Origin: an uncultured Acidimicrobiaceae bacterium
GTDB taxonomy: Bacteria; Actinomycetota; Acidimicrobiia; Acidimicrobiales; RAAP-2
DNA length: 64,000 bases
Assembly: GCA_963726135.1 (NCBI GenBank)
Contig: CAVSBE010000003.1
Coordinates: forward strand, 123,595 to 187,594
Direction: 5' to 3'
The number at the start of each line of letters is the position of its first letter. The stretch's first letter is position 1. Positions 9,801 through 19,095 of this stretch are shown one piece after another. The translations under genes and the position numbers were made by a program. Under the pieces are notes generated by a model. It was given only the letters and a program-made list of their open reading frames with translations, did not search any database and was not told the DNA's origin.

Positions 9801-10300
9801 CTAGAGATAGAGATACCGTTGTCCGGCTCCTGAGGTCGCATTCCAAGCTTCTGCATCTGAACCGGCCCATAGCAGGACGTCGTGCAGGCGCAGCCGAGTG
9901 AGTATGCGTCCGTTGTGCCGAGTTGCGACAGATTCGAACCAACCTTCAAGTTCCATGAACTGTTCGCTCTGCGTTTGGAGTTCGACACAGATGTCACCCC
10001 ACACTTCTGATCCGTTCGGGTAGTGGGCCAGCGTAAGTGAATCGAGCACTGGAAACTGATTCGGTCGCTTGTCATGAAGCACCTTGCTCGCAATGGCGGG
10101 GCCAACTCCATCAACGGCGTCCAGAAGACACCAGACCTTCCACATCAGATATTCGGATTCTGGCGGCGCTGAAGCAAGTGGGCAATATCTGAGCAAGTCC
10201 GGCTCAAGGTCCCAGAAATCAACCTCCGCAGTCAGGGCGCAGAGAGTTTCATTCACCTTGTCAAACACCGAAAGGATTCCAAGGGCTGGGGTGAAATAGA
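9801..10300 (-). pseudogene. DUF6308-like gene, 3' fragment (5' end removed by IS insertion)
   Basis: The C-terminal ~165 aa of track ORF 9801-10589 contain VDGVGPAIASKVLHDKRPNQFPVLDS and RLHDVLLWAG. From memory this matches DUF6308. Upstream of ~10300 the same ORF is antisense to an istB fragment. Confidence 0.5.
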
Positions 10301-10308
10301 TCTGCGAG

Positions 10309-10571
10309 TTGGTGCCAGCGTCATCGTGACGTCGAACAAACCCTTCGGACGTTGGGGTGAGGTCTTCGGTGACCCCGTGGTCGCCGCCGCCATGATCGAC
10401 CGCCTCGTCCATCACGCCGAGGTCGTGAACCTCAAGGGCGACAGCTACCGCCTGAAGGACCGAGACATGGGGAGGATGACGACGAACGAGGAGAACTGAC
10501 CCGACCAGGGGGGTCAATTTTCGGCCGTCGCAAGGGGGCCAAAATTCAGCCGTCGTTGACAGATACCAGGC
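10309..10571 (+). mobile_element. IS21-family remnant: 3' end of istB plus IS terminus
   Basis: The + frame reads VGASVIVTSNKPFGRWGEVFGDPVVAAAMIDRLVHHAEVVNLKGDSYRLKDRDMGRMTTNEEN*, an IstB C-terminus. About 70 nt follow that contain repeated ttcggccgtcg / ttcagccgtcg motifs. Confidence 0.7.
10471..10571 (+). repeat. 101-bp direct repeat, copy 1 (left flank of the complete IS21-family element)
   Basis: 101/101 identical to 13127-13227. Confidence 0.95.
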
Positions 10572-10638
10572 ATGTGAATCATGATCCAAAACGGCAGCGT
10601 GTGATGGCCGAAAACGGCAGCACTGCGGTTGTCTGAAG

Positions 10639-11451
10639 TTAGCTTGGGGTGGGGGTTGCGTCCACAGTTTCGGTGACGGATTTGGCGGCCCGGGTCGTCC
10701 GGGCTTTGGCGTCTTGGAGCCGGTAGCTCTCGCCCTTGGTCTCGATGATCCGACAGCGATGGGTGAGACGGTCGAGGGTGGCCCCGGTGAGGCGTTCGGA
10801 GCCGAGCACCTCGGTCCAGGACTCGAACGGCAGGTTCGTAGTCACGATCAGGCTGGTGCGCTCATAGGCGGTGGAGATGACGTCGAAGAGCAGCTCGGAA
10901 CCGACCTTGGAGGCCGGGCACGTAGCCCAGCTCGTCGAGGACGAGCAGGTCGAGCTTGGCGAACTGGCCCTTCAGGCGCAGGAAGCTCCGCTCGTCTCGG
11001 GCCTCGATGAGGGCGGTGACCAGCTCGGTGGTGCGGATGAAGCGGACCCGGTATCCCTTGGCGCAGGCCTGGGCGGCCAGGGCGGTGGCCAGGTGACTTT
11101 TCCCGGTCCCGGGGTTGCCCACCATCAAGATGTTCTCCTTCTTGTCGATGTACTCGCAGCGCATCAGCTCGGCGATCAGCACCTTGTTGACCGAGGGACG
11201 GGCGCGAAGTCGAAGGTCTCGAGCGTCTTGATGGTCGGGAAGCGCGCCGCTTTGACCCGGCGCTCGGCCGCCCGCTTCTCCCGTTCGAGCAGCTCGAGCT
11301 CGGTGAGGCGGAGCAGGTAGGAGAGATGATCGGCGTTGTCGGCGGCGGCCTGGGCGGCCACCTTCTCGCACTCGGCCGCCACCGTCGGCAGCCGGAGGGA
11401 CTTGAGGTGGTGGTGCAAGAGCACCACGGACTTGGTCTCGGTTGTTTTCAT
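10639..11451 (-). pseudogene. istB: IS21 istB (AAA+ helper ATPase), split over three frames
   Basis: N-terminus MKTTETKSVVLLHHHLKSLRLP (11176-11451), Walker A MVGNPGTGKSHLATALA and DELGYVP (10862-11371), C-terminus FESWTEVLGSERLTGATLDRLTHRCRIIETKGESYRL (10639-10845). Confidence 0.8.
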
Positions 11452-12987
11452 GGTGTTGCTTCCTTTCTCTTCTCGGTGATCACGAGCCGGTGGCAGTGAG
11501 GGCCCGATAGGCGGTCAGGTCCGGGTGGCTCGATGGCGACGGACTTGAGGTGGGGATGACCGTCGAGGCTGAAGAGCCCGACGGGCGCTCGGCGTGGTGC
11601 AAGAGGATCAACGCGATGGCGTCAGAGCCCGTGGCCCCGATGGTGAGCGGCCGACTCCACCGCTTTGGTCGAGCGCCGGCAGCGTGGCGTTCTCCAAGAG
11701 CCGCAGCACCTTGATGAACTCGCGGGTGCCCCGGTCACCCGAGGTCGGCTTCGAGCCGGCGGCGCAAGGTGGAGAAGCATCCGGGCAGCTCCCAGTTCTC
11801 GAGCGGCCGGGCGAAGTCGATGGCGCCGGGCTTGCGCTCGAAAAGGGCCAGGTAGTGGATGGGATCAAAGGTGGTGTGCTCCTTGCCCCAGTGGCGGGCG
11901 TGGCGGGCGATCACGCTCGGTCCCGCTGGTGATGGCCACCTCTTCGATCCCGCCGATGACAGTCACCTCGTGGTGGGCATAGGCGGTCGGCACCGAGTAG
12001 TCGTTGCGGTCAAAGCGCACCAAGGAGAGCGAGTTGGCGTGGCCCTGGGCGACCCGGCGGGGCTCGAAGGCCTCGGCGGGCAGCGCCAGCATGGCGGCTC
12101 GGTCATCGACCAGGCGCTCGGCCTTGGTGCCGACCTTGCCCCGGACCCGGCGGAACAGGTCGGCATAACAGGCGGCGGCCAGGTACTCGTTGAGGGCGGC
12201 CCAAGAGGGAAAGGACGGGACCGGGACCAAGAGGTTGCGTCGGCTGAATAGCCGACGTGGTTCTCCACGTGGCCCTTCTCGTTGCCCCGCCCCACCCGGC
12301 AGAAGTGATGGTCGAAGAGGTAGTGGCTCTCGAGGGCCAAGAACGCCCTGGTCAACGACGCGGTCGCGCCCGATCACCTTGGAGACCGCGATGGTGGTGT
12401 TGTCATAGGAGATCCGCACCGGCACGCCGCCGAAGAACTCGAACCCGGCCACGTGGGCGGCCTGGAAGGTCTCGGTGCACTCGCGCGGATAGGCGCTGAG
12501 GAAGTACGTGTCCGAATAGGGCAGGGTGATCACCCCGAGTGCGGCCTTGCAGCGCACGCCGGCGATCTCGACGACGGCCTCGCCGAAGTCGAACTGGGCG
12601 TGACCGGGTGGGTGGCTGAGCGGAACGAAGGCCTCCTTCGAGTACTGCCTTGGCCGCGCTGCACCGCCGTTTGCACCTGGGAGTAGCAGCCGGTGTAGCC
12701 GTACTCGTCGCGGAGACGCTCGAAGATCCGCCGGGCCGTGTGCCGCTGTTTGGGCGGGGCCTCCTTGTCGGCGGCCAGGATCTGATCGATGGACGCCAGG
12801 ATGGGGCCCGAGCACGGGCTTCGCCGCGGATCTCGGCCATCTGATAGCCGGGAGGCTCGGGGTTGGCCAGGATCTTGGCCAGGGCCTGATGGCCGATCCC
12901 GTAGTCACGGTGGATGGAGCGCTTCGACGCCCCTTCCACCAGGACCTTCCGCCGGATCTCGGTCCATTCGTCCATGTCGGTGTGCAC
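11448..12987 (-). pseudogene. istA: IS21 istA (DDE transposase), multiple frameshifts
   Basis: HTH N-terminus MHTDMDEWTEIRRKVLVEGASKRSIHRDYGIGHQ (12403-12987). Core HAQFDFGEAVVEIAGVRCKAALGVITLPYSDTYF (11865-12908) and further pieces lie in other frames. The last frame ends in an ATGA overlap with the istB start, as is typical for IS21. Confidence 0.8.
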
Positions 12988-13126
12988 CTTTCTCCCGTTC
13001 TGCTCGTCCGCTCAGGCCCAAAGCCTGGAAGCGGGATCGAACAGATCCGGGGATACTCAGGTGCTGCCGTTTTCGATCATGTTTTACACGCTCAGGTGCT
13101 GCCGTTTTCGATCATGCATTTACACA

Positions 13127-13227
13127 GGAGGATGACGACGAACGAGGAGAACTGACCCGACCAGGGGGGTCAATTTTCGGCCGTCGCAAGGGGGCCAAAA
13201 TTCAGCCGTCGTTGACAGATACCAGGC
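13127..13227 (+). repeat. 101-bp direct repeat, copy 2 (right flank of the IS21-family element)
   Basis: Identical to 10471-10571. It contains the last 9 codons plus stop of the remnant istB and its IS terminus. Confidence 0.95.
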
Positions 13228-13340
13228 TGTTGCCGCAAAACGAGCGAAGTAGTTCCGAAGCAAAACCCTGCAACGACCTGTTTGGCCTCTTGCAATGTGC
13301 ATTCGACCGACTTGTCAACTCCGATTCTGAAGTCAGCCAT
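13228..13340 (-). pseudogene. 5' fragment of an IS-disrupted gene (possibly the missing start of the DUF6308-like gene)
   Basis: The ATG at 13340 opens MADFRIGVDKSVECTLQEAKQVVAGFCFGTTSLVLRQQ, and the reading frame then runs straight into the IS-terminus repeat at 13227. Confidence 0.4.
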
Positions 13341-13417
13341 GGACTATCCACTCCTTGCTGTGGGTTGTCGCCATTCCTCTTTGCGCAGACCCACAGTTGA
13401 ATCAGCGCATTGCGCCG

Positions 13418-13882
13418 TCAGCCCGAACCCCCACCAGTCGCCTCGATCCACCAACCGGCAATTGTCCTGTCCATCGAATAGACGGCCTCGCCAGCTTCTC
13501 CGTACCGTACCGACATCGGCCAAATTTTGGTTCCGAACAGTCGCTTGCACATCTTGGTGAGAGAACCGAGCTGCCCCCGAAGCAGGTTGGCGTCTTCTCC
13601 TCCCACTGCCACCGCCTCTCCAAAGCTCACGGACTTAGGCGCTCGTTGTGCGGTTAGCCCGATGAGGGTCCTCACGGCAGGAGTTGCGAGTTCCGCCTCA
13701 AGTCGCTCGACCATTGATCTATTCCAGGATCCCTGGCCCTGAACCTCAACCGATCCTTCGACTTCTGTCGCCGGTGCCGAACTCCCAAGTGGGTTGGCCA
13801 AGACTTTGTACACCTCGGTTAGGTGGCTCCTAGGCACGGGCACCATGACGATTTCTTCCATCTCTGCGTGGGTGGCAGACAT
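13418..13882 (-). CDS. Hypothetical protein (154 aa)
   Basis: Start set at MSATHAEMEEIVMVPVPRSHLTEVYKVLANPLG, preceded by an aaggag RBS. Composition is protein-like and I recognised no family. Confidence 0.6.
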   Translation of the reverse strand: MSATHAEMEEIVMVPVPRSHLTEVYKVLANPLGSSAPATEVEGSVEVQGQGSWNRSMVERLEAELATPAVRTLIGLTAQRAPKSVSFGEAVAVGGEDANLLRGQLGSLTKMCKRLFGTKIWPMSVRYGEAGEAVYSMDRTIAGWWIEATGGGSG

Positions 13883-14032
13883 GCAATCTCCTTTGACTCG
13901 ACTCTTTTCTGTCGTGTAACTATATATACCCGCCGTATATCTGTCAAATACCCGGTAGGTATTCCGATGCCACCTATGACATGCCTTGGGTCCCGAAGTG
14001 GGTCGAGCCTTGAATCCTGCGCCAAGAGGTGG

Positions 14033-14071
14033 GTGCGTAACCTCGTTGGCGATCACCGTGGAATCCCGCCC
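14033..14071 (+). repeat. 39-bp intergenic repeat, copy 1
   Basis: gtgcgtaacctcgttggcgatcaccgtggaatcccgccc matches 17186-17224 at 37/39 positions. Confidence 0.85.
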
Positions 14072-14260
14072 GTCCTCCGGTTGCGGTACTGAACTGTCTG
14101 CCCCTGCCTTGGTGACACCCACACCAACCGGGGAGTGCTCGTGGTGGTGCGAGGAGTGCGTCCTCCGGGCACTTCAGGCCGTCAAGGAGTCATCCCAAGC
14201 TCCCGATGCGTTGATACCGGCATGACTACCTGGTGATGATCAGAGGACTGGTCCGGGCTC

Positions 14261-14887
14261 TTACGCCCAGCCAGGCTCTAACTGCACGTCTTCGTGAGTT
14301 AGGACGACATTCCCGTGACCGAAATCGATCCGGAACCAGACGCTCGCTGGCGGTGGTGGCGATTTTACAAACAACGTTGAGCTAGGCGGGACATGCATCC
14401 GAGTCGTCATGTCTGCTGGCTGCAAGAAGCCTGCATAGATGAAGATGGTAGGTCTGCGGGTTGGGAAGGCCCCGCTCCACGTTGGGTCATTGAGGCTAAG
14501 AGCTAGCCCGTCAATCGTTGCGGTCACGACTGCGGGTCGCCGGAGCCGGACAATGAGGCCGACTCGATCACAGGCAACCGTGTTCGGCAAGCCGCAAGAG
14601 ATTCCCATGTAGGGATTCTCACGAAACACCAACCGTGGGGCCTCGATCTTGCCCGGACCAAGTAACCGTGGGACTCTCGAACTTTGGGTTGGCGTTCCGC
14701 CGCCCCCTCCCGAAGCACTAAGGCCCAGACCAACCGCCAAGGCCGCAACCGACATCACTGCTGCTGTCCACATCCACCGTCGCCGCCGTCGACGACGAGC
14801 CTCCTCGAAGAGTGCCTCGGGTTCGCAAGGACGCTCTGGCCGAGGCTGGGCAACCCGGTCTTCGACCTCCAATCTGGTGCCCGTCAT
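14261..14887 (-). CDS. Single-pass membrane-anchored protein with the conserved N-terminal EALF-EA-poly-Arg motif
   Basis: 208 aa with the N-terminus ...CEPEALFEEARRRRRRRWMWTAAVMSVAALAVGLGL followed by an extracytoplasmic domain of unknown fold. Confidence 0.65.
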   Translation of the reverse strand: MTGTRLEVEDRVAQPRPERPCEPEALFEEARRRRRRRWMWTAAVMSVAALAVGLGLSASGGGGGTPTQSSRVPRLLGPGKIEAPRLVFRENPYMGISCGLPNTVACDRVGLIVRLRRPAVVTATIDGLALSLNDPTWSGAFPTRRPTIFIYAGFLQPADMTTRMHVPPSSTLFVKSPPPPASVWFRIDFGHGNVVLTHEDVQLEPGWA

Positions 14888-14896
14888 AGAGCTACT

Positions 14897-15256
14897 ATGG
14901 CTAGGACCATGATCTCTGTCAATATCGACCGATCAGAAGCCGTGCCGCTTCACGATCAGGTGGCAGCCGAGATTCGACGGGCAATCGCCGAGGGGGAGGC
15001 TGGCCCAGGGGAACGCCTGCCCTTGGCCAAGGACATGGCTGCCGTGCTCGGCGTGAACAAGAATACGGTGCTTCGGGCCTTGCACATCCTCAGGGAAGAG
15101 GGTCTCCTCGACTTCCAGCGGGGCCGGGGGATCACAGTGGCAGGCACGCCCCAACACGGTGCGGTCGTGAAGCGGATTCGTGACCTCGTTGAGTTCTGCC
15201 GAAGCCAGGGCTACCGCAGTGACGAGGTCATCGCCATGATCGAGAACCTCCCGTGA
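14897..15256 (+). CDS. GntR family transcriptional regulator, short (HTH only, YtrA-like size)
   Basis: Start at MARTMISVNID (alternative start 14909). Reads PLHDQVAAEIRRAIAEGEAGPGERLPLAKDMAAVLGVNKNTVLRALHILREEGLLDFQRGRGITV. About 119 aa, so there is no room for an effector domain. Confidence 0.85.
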   Translation: MARTMISVNIDRSEAVPLHDQVAAEIRRAIAEGEAGPGERLPLAKDMAAVLGVNKNTVLRALHILREEGLLDFQRGRGITVAGTPQHGAVVKRIRDLVEFCRSQGYRSDEVIAMIENLP

Positions 15257-15306
15257 CTGCGCTGCCTGTGAGTAGGCCACGTTCGTAGGCGAGGGTCGAG
15301 CGCACT

Positions 15307-16492
15307 GTGAAAGTCACCACCGACGATCGTCTCCACGAGATTCCTCTCGAAACACAGACCTCCGACGATCCCGAGGCGCTTTTCAAGGAGGCCAAGCAGC
15401 GAAGACGCCGGGTGCGCCTGGCCTGGCTTGGGGTCGCAATCATTGGGGTCGGGGCGGTAGCGGCGATCGTGGCGGCGACCAGTTCAGTGCACAAGTCCCC
15501 ACCTCACCAAAACAAGGTCACGATTCCGAGCAGCCCGAAGTCGCCCGGCCCATTACCCACTGGCTCCGTCGTCGCCCTCAGGATTGCCGGACCGCTCGCT
15601 GTCAGCCCCACCGGATCGCTCTATGTAGCCGCTGAATCGCAGCACAGGGTTCTCGTCTGCCTTTCCGATGGCGAGTTCAGCGATGTCGCGGGTGACGGCA
15701 CCTCTGGATTCTCGGGCAACCGGGGACCTGCAACCAAGGCCAAGCTCTCGTCTGTCTCCGCTATGTCCTTCGCCCCTAACGGCGATCTCTACCTCGCCGA
15801 TGGCACACGAGTGCGGGTCGTCGAGTCGAATGGCACGATCCACACCATCGCAGGAGACGGTCGCTCTGGCCCATCCGTGGCCAACGGTACTCCGGCTCTC
15901 TCGGCGTCACTCGGCCCCGTTGTTGCCATCACGTTCAGCCCCAGTGGTCAACTTTACTTTGCAACGAGCACGCAGATCTTCCGTCTTTCGTCAGCCGATA
16001 CATTGAAGACCGTGCGAGCGATCGCCACTCTTTATGGAGGTAAGAAGGTTGCTGCCAAGTGAGTTCGTCTCAATCGCCGTCGATGCTGAGGGAAACGTCT
16101 TCGCTTCGGCAGCATTCGCCGGTTGGTCTGTCTACAAGATTGCACCCGATGGCGTGGCGACAAACCTTAGCTATGCCCGGCGAAGTGGCGGACAACCGGC
16201 GATCGTGCAACGCAGTCCTGACGGCGCCATCGAGGCTGATAACGGCCCGTACCTCGAACAAGTCGAGGGGAATGGCCTTGTGTCTACGCCAGGCGTGCTC
16301 TTGTCCACGTCAGGAACGAACGACGTTCCCGGCATTGCCAAGTTCCTCTTCATGGACTATTTCGCCTATGCGCCTAATGGCACCCTCTATGCAGACAACA
16401 TGCCAACGTCGGGCTTCGATCCCTACCAACAGATTGTCTCCGTGACGAGCGGTCGAGGCGCATCACTGTGGCACGGTGCACAGGGCACATAG
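15307..16492 (+). CDS. Membrane-anchored NHL/beta-propeller repeat protein, frameshift near 16030-16062
   Basis: N-terminus DDPEALFKEAKQRRRRVRLAWLGVAIIGVGAVAAIVAA. NHL-like repeats follow (LAVSPTGSLYVAAESQHRVL, MSFAPNGDLYLADGTRVRVV, ITFSPSGQLYFAT). The repeat region continues in ORF 16034-16492 (IAVDAEGNVFAS, YAPNGTLYADN). Confidence 0.7.
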
Positions 16493-16494
16493 CG

Positions 16495-17175
16495 ATGGGG
16501 ATCGCCCCAAGCCTGGCGCCATCTGAGAACGTACTAAGTCCAAGTCCGCCCGATGCCGACCTCCTCTTCAAGGAGGCGAAGCAGCGGGAGCGCAAGCGAC
16601 GACTCCTGTGGCTGGGAGCCACCGTTGTCGCATTGGGTGCGACCGCTGGCGGCTACCTCACAGCAACCAACTCCTCGCCACACCCCGAGTCGCTGGTCAC
16701 ACGACCGCTTCACTTTCCCTCTCTCGCAGCAGGCGAAAGCTGCCCAGCCACTCCTGGCCATCCCGTTCACAGATCCTTCTTTGATGGTGTCGCACTAGGA
16801 AACGGCCCGGTGAGAGTCCTCGTCGGCAACCATGGCGATCTACTGCGTGGACAGGCTGACCTCGGTACATCACAAGCCCATGGCTGGTTTGCGCTCGAAA
16901 CGATCTGGTTCAGCGTGCCCGGCTACGACGGCCCATTCGTGGTCCGAGCGAAGCGCCTTGGAGCGAGCGGCCCAATCCGAGTCCAGCCGGGCGACTCCGG
17001 AACGGTGCCTGGCTCGGGGCCGCTCGTCGTTCCGGCTGGGCGAACGATCAACACGCAGGACGGGTACAGAACAGTGCCGGGAAGCACGTGGGTGACTTCA
17101 TCCGGTTGCTATGCGTGGCAGATAGACGGCCAGAACTTCAGCGAAGTCATCACCGTGGACGCCCTATCTCCCTAA
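16495..17175 (+). CDS. Single-pass membrane-anchored protein with the same N-terminal motif
   Basis: Start at MGIAPS. Reads PPDADLLFKEAKQRERKRRLLWLGATVVALGATAGGYL, then a ~170-aa extracytoplasmic domain. Confidence 0.65.
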   Translation: MGIAPSLAPSENVLSPSPPDADLLFKEAKQRERKRRLLWLGATVVALGATAGGYLTATNSSPHPESLVTRPLHFPSLAAGESCPATPGHPVHRSFFDGVALGNGPVRVLVGNHGDLLRGQADLGTSQAHGWFALETIWFSVPGYDGPFVVRAKRLGASGPIRVQPGDSGTVPGSGPLVVPAGRTINTQDGYRTVPGSTWVTSSGCYAWQIDGQNFSEVITVDALSP

Positions 17176-17185
17176 GTCACCGGCC

Positions 17186-17224
17186 GTGCGTAACCTCGCT
17201 GTCGATCACCGTGGAATCCCGCCC
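17186..17224 (+). repeat. 39-bp intergenic repeat, copy 2
   Basis: gtgcgtaacctcgctgtcgatcaccgtggaatcccgccc matches 14033-14071 at 37/39 positions. It lies between the stop at 17175 and the HIT gene start. Confidence 0.85.
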
Positions 17225-17338
17225 TTGCCATGGCTGGCTGCGACTCCATCCCGGTATACGGAGGCACACTCAGCACGATTGGCGGACCTCCGTTCGCCCG
17301 CCGTTGAGAACAACAGTCGACTTGGTTACAAAGTGAGC

Positions 17339-17836
17339 ATGGAACTTGAACGGTGGCCCAACGAAGCCAAGATGATCGCCGAACTCTATGGGGGTGCCTG
17401 GTCGAATCGAGAAAACTGGACCAGGAGGTGCCGACCGGAAGGCTGCATCGTCTGCACCTCGGGCCACGGCATCATCGCCGACCTGAACCACACCTGGGTA
17501 ACCACCGATCCCGAAGTCGCCATCTTTGGCTACGTCTGCGTCATCTCCAAGGTCCACGCAGTCGAGCCTTTCGATCTGCCCGATCAAGGGGCGGCGTTTT
17601 GGCAGGAGGCTATGGCCGTGGCCCAGGTGGTCAACCGGCTGTATCGGCCCATGAAGCTCAACTACGAGGTTCATGGCAACACCTTGCCCCACCTACACAT
17701 GCACCTGTTCCCCTGTCAGCCAGACGACGGATTCGTAGGTCGCCCGGTCGATCTCAAAGACTTCCGGCATCGCTACAGCGACCACGACCTCGCCAAGCTC
17801 AGATCAGCCCTCGCCCTCATCACCCCAACAGTCTGA
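17339..17836 (+). CDS. HIT family hydrolase
   Basis: Start at MELERW. Has the histidine triad HGNTLPHLHMHLFP and the upstream GCIVC motif. Confidence 0.85.
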   Translation: MELERWPNEAKMIAELYGGAWSNRENWTRRCRPEGCIVCTSGHGIIADLNHTWVTTDPEVAIFGYVCVISKVHAVEPFDLPDQGAAFWQEAMAVAQVVNRLYRPMKLNYEVHGNTLPHLHMHLFPCQPDDGFVGRPVDLKDFRHRYSDHDLAKLRSALALITPTV

Positions 17837-17931
17837 GACGACTGGAACTTGCGGGCCGAAGGGTAGCCCCGTTGTGCCGAACTACCCCACCGTCCGGCGA
17901 GGTGGCAGCCTCGACGAAGGAGAACCTGGGA

Positions 17932-18381
17932 TCAGGACTTCGAGGCCGCCCAACGTCCGGGGTCTGGAAGAGTCACGTCGCCGTAACCGTGACAGCGAGC
18001 TTCGTTGACCAGCAACTCGAATAGAACGTAGCGGTCTTCAGGTTGATACGCAGCCGATTCAGTGGCAGCGGTGCGCAGTTGAAGATCGTCCAACTCGCTG
18101 GCTTGGCCGCTGACGAAGAATTCCCCACCTGTCCCGAATGTGTCTGGCACACCATTGTGGAGTGCATACCACTCTCGCTTCCGGAGGTCGTGAGCTTTGG
18201 GCGAAGTCGGTTCCATGAAGACACAGAGCCGTCCGCCGCCGACAATCGGCGCTACCGGATGGACCCTAGGTCTGCCATTGAGCCGAAGGGTTGCCAAGTA
18301 GGCCGCCGCAGCCGTGAGACGCTCCGCACCAAACGCCGCCAGAGCGGGTGCCTGGGCCTCGAAGTCACCCCAACTCGCCAT
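17932..18381 (-). CDS. Pyridoxamine 5'-phosphate oxidase (PPOX)-like family protein
   Basis: 149 aa. YLATLRLNGRPRVHPVAPIV..GRLCVFM is typical of the split-barrel FMN/F420-binding fold. Confidence 0.7.
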   Translation of the reverse strand: MASWGDFEAQAPALAAFGAERLTAAAAYLATLRLNGRPRVHPVAPIVGGGRLCVFMEPTSPKAHDLRKREWYALHNGVPDTFGTGGEFFVSGQASELDDLQLRTAATESAAYQPEDRYVLFELLVNEARCHGYGDVTLPDPGRWAASKS

Positions 18382-18498
18382 CAGCCTCAGTCTGTCAGCT
18401 ACCTGACCTTGGAAGAGGATCCCCGATGCACCGAGCGCTGTCCCGCCGTCTCGGCATACGTGGATACCACTCGCTCGGAATCGCAGGTCACTGATTAG

Positions 18499-19095
18499 TT
18501 ACCTGACGAAAGGTCCTCGGTCGAACTCTTTGTATTTCGTCAGCAGTCCTCCGTGTTCATCGAGGATTTCGACATCAGCCGGGAATACAAGACTTCGAGG
18601 CTCGAAAAACAGGACGATTCCGGCATCGACGCTGTCCTCCAACGTGAAGCCATCTGTGAAGATCAGGCGGACCTTGACGGCCTTACCTGACCCACTGCCC
18701 TCGACGTGCCCGCCAGCGGCAAAGTGGTCAGGGCCAAACTGGGCAGCAAAGTTCACCCATGGCTTGGTGCGTAGGGGAGCATGTCCACCTCCTCCAACAG
18801 GTGCGACCACCCTGGAGCAGTCGGAGTTCTGCCAGGTCCGAATGATCCATTCAACTTGTATGCCTCGGTGGTTGGTGAAGGCAACCGACCGCATTTCGCA
18901 GGTTGGCAGTATGCGGGTCTTCTGAAACACGATAGTGGCGGGATCAGCGCCAGGTCCTCCTCCACCGCCAACAGATGCGGTCCAGCCGCTGCCCCCGGTC
19001 TTGCCGGTGATCGGAACTTCTGACTCTCTCACCAAAGTTGCCACGATTGCCTCTTCTGCGTCGGTCTCAGCCAACGTCACCGCCTCCTCTGTCAT
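18499..19095 (-). CDS. Hypothetical protein
   Basis: Start at MTEEAVTLAETD. 198 aa with Gly-rich loops (GGGGGPG, GGGGH). I recognised no family. Confidence 0.5.
   Translation of the reverse strand: MTEEAVTLAETDAEEAIVATLVRESEVPITGKTGGSGWTASVGGGGGPGADPATIVFQKTRILPTCEMRSVAFTNHRGIQVEWIIRTWQNSDCSRVVAPVGGGGHAPLRTKPWVNFAAQFGPDHFAAGGHVEGSGSGKAVKVRLIFTDGFTLEDSVDAGIVLFFEPRSLVFPADVEILDEHGGLLTKYKEFDRGPFVR

Larger units (their letters stand above)
10572..13126 (-). mobile_element. IS21-family insertion sequence (~2.55 kb) with decayed istA/istB
   Basis: Imperfect terminal inverted repeats begin with tgtg (10573 tgtgaatcatgatccaaaacggcagc versus the reverse complement of 13126, tgtgtaaatgcatgatcgaaaacggcagc). 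Internal repeated gaaaacggcagcac motifs occur at both ends. It encodes IstA and IstB homologs. Confidence 0.85.

Noticed and set aside
9931-9953. agattcgaaccaaccttcaag resembles the att/tRNA core (gattcgaacc + aaccttc, with 3 nt missing), suggesting an internal pseudo-att or a boundary between tandem islands
   Set aside because: It lies inside the DUF6308-like coding frame (EGWFES), lacks the rest of the 43-bp repeat, and has no integrase remnant nearby. I treat it as coincidence unless comparative data say otherwise.
13056-13116. Tandem 26-nt repeats ctcaggtgctgccgttttcgatcatg (13056-13081 and 13091-13116), which could look like a mini CRISPR or iteron
   Set aside because: They are the multiple terminal transposase-binding repeats of the IS21-family element. 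The same motif occurs inverted at its other end (about 10573-10625).
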